From positions 1-62,351 of the forward strand of contig JAZNNY010000037.1 of assembly GCA_045580505.1 (NCBI GenBank): a DNA stretch of 62,351 bases, in the 5' to 3' direction. This stretch comes from Lentihominibacter sp. (GTDB taxonomy: Bacteria > Bacillota > Clostridia > Peptostreptococcales > Anaerovoracaceae). The notes under the pieces were generated by a model. The model saw only the letters and a list, made by a program, of their open reading frames with translations. It had not been told where the DNA came from and did no database searches. Both the position numbers and the translations under genes were made by a program. Shown here in pieces: positions 55,791 through 62,351 of this stretch (its first letter is position 1; each line of letters opens with the position of its first letter).

Positions 55791-58700
55791 ATGAACTTAA
55801 AAAAGATGACGTTGAACATCAACGGCGCTGACCGGATGTTCATCTGTGACCCTGCCAAGGATACCCTGGCAGATGTTTTGCGTCGTATTGGTCTGACCGG
55901 AACCAAGGTCGGATGCGGCATGGGTGCCTGCGGCGCATGCTCTGTCATCGTAGATGGCAAAGTGGTCCGCTCCTGTATGCAGAAGATGTCCAAGATGGAA
56001 GAGTATCAGAAGATCACGACCATCGAAGGCCTCGGAAGCGTCAACTATCCTCATCCACTGCAGTCCATGTGGGTCGCTCTCGGCGCAGTCCAGTGCGGAT
56101 TCTGCGTACCGGGCTTTATTGTCTCGGCATACCAGCTTTTGCAGGAGAATCCGGATCCGACCAGAGAAGAGGTCAGAGACTGGTTCCAGAAGCACCGCAA
56201 CGTCTGCCGCTGCACAGGCTATAAGCAGATCGTAGACGCTGTTATGGCAGCTGCCGCCATCATGCGCGGCGAGAAGACAGTCGAAGACTACAGATACGAC
56301 TGGAAGAAGGACATCGGCAACTTCTACGGCAAGCCGCTGGAGCGTCCGAACGCTCTGCCGAAGGCCTGCGGTGTCTGTGACTACGGCGATGACGTCGAAC
56401 TGCACATGCCGGCTGAGACCCTGAAGGTCGAGATGGTAATGCCGAGAATCACCCACCACGCTAAGATCAAGAAGATCGACTTCGAAGAAGCTGAGAAGAT
56501 GCCTGGCGTCGTCAAGGTCATCACGGCCAAGGACGTGAAAGCACTGGGCTGCAAGAACAACTTCATGGCCTTCGGTTTCTCCGAGAGAACCGTTGAGCTG
56601 CAGGAGCACCACCACATCCTGGCAGAGGATGAGATCGTATGGTACGGCGATGTCGTCGCACTGGTCGTCGCTGACACCAGAGACCACGCCAAGGCTGCTG
56701 CTGACAAGGTCAAGGTAGAGATCGAAGAAGAAGAAGCATACATGAACTTCCTGCAGGCGGTTGCACCGGATGCCAAGCAGCTGTACGATTGGATGCCGGA
56801 CACCTATGCACCGAACACCTACTGCCACCTGCCGGTTCTGAAGGGTGATGACGAGCACGTTGCCGAGATGATCGACAAGGCTCCGTATTCCGTAGAAGGT
56901 TCCTTCTACTCCTCCAGAGAACCGCACATGTCCATCGAGGGCGATGTGGCACAGACCTACTATGACGAAGATAATAAGCTGTGCGTCCACTGCAAGACCA
57001 TGACCCTGTACTGGGATAAGGACGAGATGGCAAACGCTCTGGGCCTGGATTCCGAGAACGACATCCGTCTGATCGAGAACCCGACCGGCGGTTCCTTCGG
57101 CTGGGCAATGAACGCTCACAACTGGACCCTGTGCGCATATGCGACCATGGTCACCAAGATGCCGTGTTCCCTGTCCATGGATTACAAGCAGTTCATGGCA
57201 GTTACCGGTAAGCGTTCCCCGTCCTACTGGAATGCACGTCTTGCGTGCGACGAGAAGGGCAGATTCATCGCCGGCGAATGGGACGGCGGACTGGATGCCG
57301 GCTGCTTCGCTGACTTCGGCGATGACAAGCTGACCAAGTTCTCCCGGTTCATGTTCTATCCTTACTACATGCCAAATGCAGTCGGTATGAACAGAGCGGC
57401 TCTGTCCAACCACGTCTGGACAACAGCATACAGAGGCTACGGCGCGCCGCAGGCTTACACCTGCTCTGAAGCGATCGTCGACATGCTGGCTGAGAAGGCC
57501 GGAATCGACCCGTTCGAATTCAGATACATCAACATCGCCCGTACTCCGGAAGAAACCAACATCAACCAGCTGCCTTACCTCCACTATCCGATGGAAGAGA
57601 TGATGGACAAGCTCCGTCCGATCTACGACGAGAAGAAGGCAGAGGCGGATGCATGGAATAAGGATCACGAAGACATCAAGAAGGGTGTCGGAATCGCATG
57701 GGGCGGCTACAACGTCGGCCTGGGCGGCATCGACGAAGCCCACGTTGCCATCGAGCTGATGCCGGACGGCACATTCAGAAAGTATGACACTTGGCAGGAT
57801 CAGGGCCAGGGCGGCGACCAGGGTTCCCTGATCTGCACGCTGGAAGCTCTGAAGCCGTACTTCCCGAACATCACTCCGGATGACATCAAGCTGATCCAGG
57901 ATGACTCCAAGTACTGCCCGAACACGGGTGAGTCCGCTGGTTCCAGATCCCATTATGCGAATGGTAAGGCTTCCATCGTAGCAGCGAAGAACATCGCAGA
58001 CGCTATGAGAAAGGAAGACGGAACCTACAGAACATACGATGAAATGGTAGCGGAAGGCCTGCCGACAAGATATGACGGCGATTGGGCAACCATCGACGAG
58101 TACAACTACTTCTATGACCTCGATCCGAACGATGGAACCGGTAACCCGACCTACACCTACACCTACGCTCTGTTCCTGGCAACAGTCGATGTAGAAGTTG
58201 CGACAGGTAAGACCGAGTGCACAGGCATGACCTGCGTTGAGTGGATCGGTAAGCCTGGTAACATTCAGGCGGTCGAAGGCCAGATCTACGGCGGCATGTC
58301 CCACGCGATCGGCTTCGCTCTCTCCGAGCAGTACGAAGACGTCAAGAAGCACTGGAACATGGCAGCAGCCGGTATGCCGTACATCAAGGACATCCCGGAC
58401 TATCCGAACTTCAACTACATTCACATTGACGGCGAAGATCCGCGTGGACCGTTCGGTTCCTCCGGCGCTTCCGAGGCATTCCAGTCCTCCGACCACATGG
58501 CCGTCATCAATGCGATCAATAACGCTGTCGGCGTCCGTATCTACGAACTGCCGGCAACCAAGGATAAAGTTCTCGCCGGAATCAAGGCCAAGGCCGCTGG
58601 CGAACCGAATCCGAACAAGCCTGAGAAGTACTTCCTTGGCTCTGACCTGTATGACGCAGTCAAGCAGATCAAGGACAACCCGATGCAGCCGACCAATCCG

Positions 58701-58799
58701 GAAGACATCGAATTCGGTGAACTCGGTGCTGAGGGCGTACGCTGGAAGCCGGGCCAGGCAGATCAGTATCTGAACTACAGAGACAAGATCCGCAAATAA
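55791..58799 (+). CDS. Molybdopterin-dependent aldehyde oxidoreductase (MOP-like, xanthine oxidase family; 2x[2Fe-2S] + MCD domain)
   Basis: GTKVGCG.G.CGAC, QCGFC.PG, RN.CRCTGY, GGSFG, AYRGYGAPQ, GSRS, G.SE. Confidence 0.95.
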   Translation: MNLKKMTLNINGADRMFICDPAKDTLADVLRRIGLTGTKVGCGMGACGACSVIVDGKVVRSCMQKMSKMEEYQKITTIEGLGSVNYPHPLQSMWVALGAVQCGFCVPGFIVSAYQLLQENPDPTREEVRDWFQKHRNVCRCTGYKQIVDAVMAAAAIMRGEKTVEDYRYDWKKDIGNFYGKPLERPNALPKACGVCDYGDDVELHMPAETLKVEMVMPRITHHAKIKKIDFEEAEKMPGVVKVITAKDVKALGCKNNFMAFGFSERTVELQEHHHILAEDEIVWYGDVVALVVADTRDHAKAAADKVKVEIEEEEAYMNFLQAVAPDAKQLYDWMPDTYAPNTYCHLPVLKGDDEHVAEMIDKAPYSVEGSFYSSREPHMSIEGDVAQTYYDEDNKLCVHCKTMTLYWDKDEMANALGLDSENDIRLIENPTGGSFGWAMNAHNWTLCAYATMVTKMPCSLSMDYKQFMAVTGKRSPSYWNARLACDEKGRFIAGEWDGGLDAGCFADFGDDKLTKFSRFMFYPYYMPNAVGMNRAALSNHVWTTAYRGYGAPQAYTCSEAIVDMLAEKAGIDPFEFRYINIARTPEETNINQLPYLHYPMEEMMDKLRPIYDEKKAEADAWNKDHEDIKKGVGIAWGGYNVGLGGIDEAHVAIELMPDGTFRKYDTWQDQGQGGDQGSLICTLEALKPYFPNITPDDIKLIQDDSKYCPNTGESAGSRSHYANGKASIVAAKNIADAMRKEDGTYRTYDEMVAEGLPTRYDGDWATIDEYNYFYDLDPNDGTGNPTYTYTYALFLATVDVEVATGKTECTGMTCVEWIGKPGNIQAVEGQIYGGMSHAIGFALSEQYEDVKKHWNMAAAGMPYIKDIPDYPNFNYIHIDGEDPRGPFGSSGASEAFQSSDHMAVINAINNAVGVRIYELPATKDKVLAGIKAKAAGEPNPNKPEKYFLGSDLYDAVKQIKDNPMQPTNPEDIEFGELGAEGVRWKPGQADQYLNYRDKIRK

Positions 58800-58803
58800 A
58801 AAC

Positions 58804-58942
58804 AAGACAGGGGACGGTTCTCTGTCCTACTGAAAAAGAGTTAAAAAAGAGGGTTCCTCGATGGACCCTCTTTTTATGTTCTGGTGCTTTTTATGTTCTG
58901 GTACTGCTGCAGGGGGTAAGACAGAGAACCGTCCCCTGTCTT
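58804..58942. repeat. Inverted pair of 27-bp REP-like repeats flanking a terminator
   Basis: AAGACAGGGGACGGTTCTCTGTC(C/T)TAC at 58804-58830 and inverted at 58916-58942. Confidence 0.8.
58843..58875. terminator. Bidirectional terminator
   Basis: AAAAAAGAGGGTTC-CTCGAT-GGACCCTCTTTTT. Confidence 0.8.
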
Positions 58943-61900
58943 ACTTGACCTTGATCCTGACGACAACCGTGCGGGTGGCCGGCATATAGTTGCCATTGCC
59001 CGATGCCTTCACCCTGATCGTCATCTTATAGGTGCCCTTCTTCACACCCTTCTTGACGGTGATCTTGCCGGTCTTCTTGTTGATGGTGAACTTCTTGGCG
59101 ATTTTCTTCTTCTTGTTCACCTTCACCTTAGTGTAGGTCAGCTTGCCCTGCACGCCGGAAACAACCATTGCCTTCTTCCGGGTGATGTTCTGTTTCTTCT
59201 TCTTCAGCTTCTTGGCCTTGAGCTTAGGCGCCTTGGCCTTGACTTTCAGCGTGCCCGCTGCTTTGCCGATGGTGTAGCTGACGCTGGCCTGGCCTGTATA
59301 GTTTGCAAGGCCGGTCACGGTCACCTTGTAAGTGCCCGCGTTGGTGCTGTTCTTGTTGGACCAGGTTGCCTTGTAATCCGTTCCTTCTTTCAGGACCGAT
59401 CCGCCCGCCGTCACCTTCAGGGCCGGCCGCTGAGCCTTTCTGTTGTAGATGAATTTGGCTTTGGAAAGCGTGACCTTGCTGTTCTTAAGGTCTCCCTTCA
59501 CGATGGCGTAGTCCACACTGACCTGACCCTCGCAGTTTCCTTTGCCCTGAATGGACGCGGTATAGTCTCCGATGTCCACGGATTTCTCCGGCCAAACGAC
59601 AGTATAGTCCCTGTCTTCCGTCAGAGCATTTCCTTCAGACATAACTTTGAGCGCCGGTCTCTGCTCACTTCCGTTATAAGGAACCTGTTTTGAGAATTCG
59701 ATATCTTCGGCCGTGATTTCCTTCGTCGCTATGGTGTAGTTCTTGGTGACAGGATCGGTGGTGAACCCTTCTCCTTCTTTCATCTTTACTGTGACAGTAT
59801 ACGTTCCCACGTTCATACTGCCTTCGTCCGAATAGGTCACCTCATACTGTCTCGGAGGAATCGTTTCTCCCTGGAACTTGACCTCTACCTCCGGCTTCTG
59901 CACGTTTCCGTTATAGACGAACGCTTTTCTGCTCAAATTGACCAGATCACCGGTAAACGGAACTGCTTCTTCCGGGTCGATTTTGTCAATTGATTCTGTT
60001 CTCGTCGCATGACAGACCTCGCAGGTAAACGTTCTGACGCCCTCACTCGTAGGAGTCGGCCAGACCGTCACTTCCCCGTCATTCCATTCATGTGCCTTTG
60101 TCTCGGTATGGGCCGGATCATTCTGGCACACTCTCTGATGCTGATCACCGTCGAGTTTCATCCAGTCGCCCCACTTATGGCCGAGTTTGCTGATCGGGGC
60201 CTCTCTGATATCAGTGTAGGTCTGTTTCTGACTGCCTTCACCATACGAAGCAACTGCCGTGTACACGATTTTACCATCTTCCTCACAGGTCGCCTCTATT
60301 TTGGTTGCCGTTACTTTTGCCTCCAGCGATGGATGCTCACAGCCTTCATTCTGGCAGTTCAGACTTGCAGACTGGCAGTCATTGCTCCAGTTCCACTGAT
60401 AGGCGTGTCCTGTTGCCGGAATGATCGGCGCTTCGATTTCATTTGCTGTCTCCGCATCTGCTCCATCAAAGCACCTGCCACATCCGAACTCTCCCTGGCA
60501 GACCCAGTAGGCCTCACAGCCATCAGCTTCACAGGTTGCTACCTGTGCTTCGACCGGAACCAGTGTGTGTACGTGATCTTTTTTCGGGATCGGACGGGTG
60601 TCTTTCTCCCCGCATCCTTCCCGCTGACATGTACGGACCTCCTGACCTTCTGTGGTCTCCGTAACAGGGGTTACGGTCTCCCATTCACCCCAGTCGTGTC
60701 CCAGGGCAGGAATGTCATTCACTACAACGGAATCCGACGCAAAGTCCTGATTTTCGAACACTGCCGTATAGGTGGTTTCTCCATTTTCTGTGCAGGTCGG
60801 CTGCTTCGTTACCTCGTGGGTCACATTTGCCAACTCTGTATCAAAGTGATGCGCTCCGTCCTTCGTGCAGGCCCTCTTAGCCAGCACCTGTGTCCTATCA
60901 TCCGTCCATGTGAGGCCTGGTTCACTCCACTCGTGTTCCCCGGTTTTAGGCACCCTCTGTACAAGAGTATTCGTATAGGGACCCTCGCCCTGGAACATGA
61001 CGGCTGCTGTATAGTTGATGACACCTTCCTGATTGTGGGTTGCTTCCTGCTGCACTACTTTATCGATCTCATCGTCCGCCACCTGAACCTTGTGCGGCTC
61101 ACCTGCCTTGCAGGTGAAGGTTGCCGTAGCCGACTCGTATCCGTTCCACTCCCAGGTCGGAGTTGGGTCCTCTCCGCAGTCATGCACCACATCTACACTA
61201 ATGACTGACCTCAGCATCAGTTCGAGCGCAGTCACACTGTCTTTTTCTCCAGGTGCCGTCCCGTTTACCGCGACCTTCACGTCAGGCGGGAAATAATATC
61301 CAAAAGCAGGTGCGACAAAGCTGAATGCTTCGCAACTTCCGCCCCCGGTCATAACTCCCTCAAAGTATCCGAGGCCGCCATTGATCGTCCAGCAGTCTCT
61401 CTGTATGGTGACAACGTCATCTGACGGCAGCGCGGTGACCTTGAGGCCCGGCGTGTGGTCGGGCTTTCCGTCCTCGCCCAGCTTGACTTCAGTTCCGCAG
61501 ACCGGTTTTTCAATGGTCAGAGCCACTTCCTCAATGGGTTTGTACCAGTGAACATAGAAGGTCCTGCCGAGCTTATCGATGCGTTCTCCGCCATGACCTT
61601 CTGTATCCTGCCGCTCCGCCTGCCGGTAGGCTTCTATGCTTTCGTAGTCTTTCAGCTGCTTCAGGCCGACGGTCTTCGTCCATTTGTTTCCGTACTCGCC
61701 GTCTTCGCCATCGTACTGGATCCCCGCTTTCTTAAGAGTCGCGCAGATTCTTTCTTCGGCCTTGGCTACCGGCACGTCCTCAAACATCTGGGTCGTGACA
61801 ACGGTGCCCTCTGCGGTCGCGCTGTCCGCTTCCGCTTTGTTCAGTTCTTCTGCGATCTTCTGAGCGATCGCTTCGTGGCCTTTACCCGCGTCGATCCTAA

Positions 61901-62351
61901 CCGTCACCGTTTCCGGTGCGTATTCATAGACCGCGATCAGTTTCATGTCTTTGGAGACTTTGATCTTCTCGCCTGCCTTCCTGGCGGCGTCATCTTCTTC
62001 GCCTTCGGCCTTCCAGCCTTTGAAGGTATAATCCCGCGGCGCTATGAAAGAGCACTGGGGAAGCTTATAGACTGCTCCACAGACCGCGTCAGCAGCTTCC
62101 ATGCTGTGTTCCTCGTCTTCGCGTCCTTCGCCTTTATCAAAACTGATCTTCGTCGGTACGCCGAGAATCGCTTCGCCCTCCTCATTCTCTCCAATCGCGT
62201 ACCTATCTTTCTTATCCGCACTGGAGAAGCACTTCACTTCTCCCTTGCCCTCAAGGCCTGAAGTGATAACGACCGGCATTTCCGCCGTCGGCACCGGACT
62301 TGCAGTAACGCTTATATCCGAATCTGCGCTGAGGAAGTCGGAGGCCAAGCG
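58941..62351 (-). CDS. Large surface protein, 5' end outside the window (Cys/His-rich ATCxxxG repeats, Ig-like stalk repeats, Lys-rich tail)
   Basis: PTCTENG/ATCEADG/LGHDWGEW repeats; YNG..Q+P...GTDY..N.N.GTY.V.V.G repeats; frame open to the window edge. Confidence 0.8.
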   Translation of the reverse strand, partial: RLASDFLSADSDISVTASPVPTAEMPVVITSGLEGKGEVKCFSSADKKDRYAIGENEEGEAILGVPTKISFDKGEGREDEEHSMEAADAVCGAVYKLPQCSFIAPRDYTFKGWKAEGEEDDAARKAGEKIKVSKDMKLIAVYEYAPETVTVRIDAGKGHEAIAQKIAEELNKAEADSATAEGTVVTTQMFEDVPVAKAEERICATLKKAGIQYDGEDGEYGNKWTKTVGLKQLKDYESIEAYRQAERQDTEGHGGERIDKLGRTFYVHWYKPIEEVALTIEKPVCGTEVKLGEDGKPDHTPGLKVTALPSDDVVTIQRDCWTINGGLGYFEGVMTGGGSCEAFSFVAPAFGYYFPPDVKVAVNGTAPGEKDSVTALELMLRSVISVDVVHDCGEDPTPTWEWNGYESATATFTCKAGEPHKVQVADDEIDKVVQQEATHNQEGVINYTAAVMFQGEGPYTNTLVQRVPKTGEHEWSEPGLTWTDDRTQVLAKRACTKDGAHHFDTELANVTHEVTKQPTCTENGETTYTAVFENQDFASDSVVVNDIPALGHDWGEWETVTPVTETTEGQEVRTCQREGCGEKDTRPIPKKDHVHTLVPVEAQVATCEADGCEAYWVCQGEFGCGRCFDGADAETANEIEAPIIPATGHAYQWNWSNDCQSASLNCQNEGCEHPSLEAKVTATKIEATCEEDGKIVYTAVASYGEGSQKQTYTDIREAPISKLGHKWGDWMKLDGDQHQRVCQNDPAHTETKAHEWNDGEVTVWPTPTSEGVRTFTCEVCHATRTESIDKIDPEEAVPFTGDLVNLSRKAFVYNGNVQKPEVEVKFQGETIPPRQYEVTYSDEGSMNVGTYTVTVKMKEGEGFTTDPVTKNYTIATKEITAEDIEFSKQVPYNGSEQRPALKVMSEGNALTEDRDYTVVWPEKSVDIGDYTASIQGKGNCEGQVSVDYAIVKGDLKNSKVTLSKAKFIYNRKAQRPALKVTAGGSVLKEGTDYKATWSNKNSTNAGTYKVTVTGLANYTGQASVSYTIGKAAGTLKVKAKAPKLKAKKLKKKKQNITRKKAMVVSGVQGKLTYTKVKVNKKKKIAKKFTINKKTGKITVKKGVKKGTYKMTIRVKASGNGNYMPATRTVVVRIKVK

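Noticed and set aside
55797-58805. 1002-aa antisense ORF mirroring the aldehyde oxidoreductase
   Set aside because: Shadow ORF produced by the strong codon bias of the sense gene; no motifs or RBS. The same applies to 6299-7579, 9910-11679, 20449-22059 and 34570-36990.

Overview
A GC-rich (roughly 55%) anaerobic Firmicute window. The gene content (CIRCE-controlled groESL, rex, ECF S-component, clostridial ferredoxin, no outer-membrane genes) suggests Clostridia; this taxonomy is inference. The left third is mostly housekeeping: a TPR/DUF4037/DUF4125/MerR cluster, a CoA-transferase, groESL, ferredoxin, and the tsaEBD-rimI-ABC-F-acpP-rex operon. From about 20.6 to 58.8 kb is a molybdenum/tungsten-cofactor neighbourhood. 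It holds a MocA-like NTP transferase, XdhC, MoeB/ThiF, MobB, MoaD, a W-type AOR with its Fe-S subunit, and a MOP-like Mo aldehyde oxidoreductase. The best candidate for an undescribed system lies at 37.6-53.5 kb. A canonical Moco riboswitch heads two secreted proteins, one of 2678 aa with about 10 tandem, apparently non-catalytic sulfite-oxidase-type Moco-binding-like domains. These are followed by a BtuCDF/FecCD-type ABC importer, a C-terminally membrane-anchored protein and a lipoprotein carrying the same domain, and an ExbB/MotA + DUF2149 ion-motor pair. I propose this is a monoderm surface relay for scavenging pterin cofactor or Mo/W. A paralogous motor module lies at 23.7-26.8 kb. Other notable signals: two copies of a variant Moco-like RNA in front of the two aldehyde oxidoreductases; a strongly over-represented, strand- and frame-independent motif GCAAAGGCAGG(C/T)C resembling a DNA-uptake sequence; and periodic inverted-repeat arrays in intergenic regions. 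No rRNA, tRNA, CRISPR array or intact transposase was seen. All family calls are by-eye motif recognition; no searches were run.
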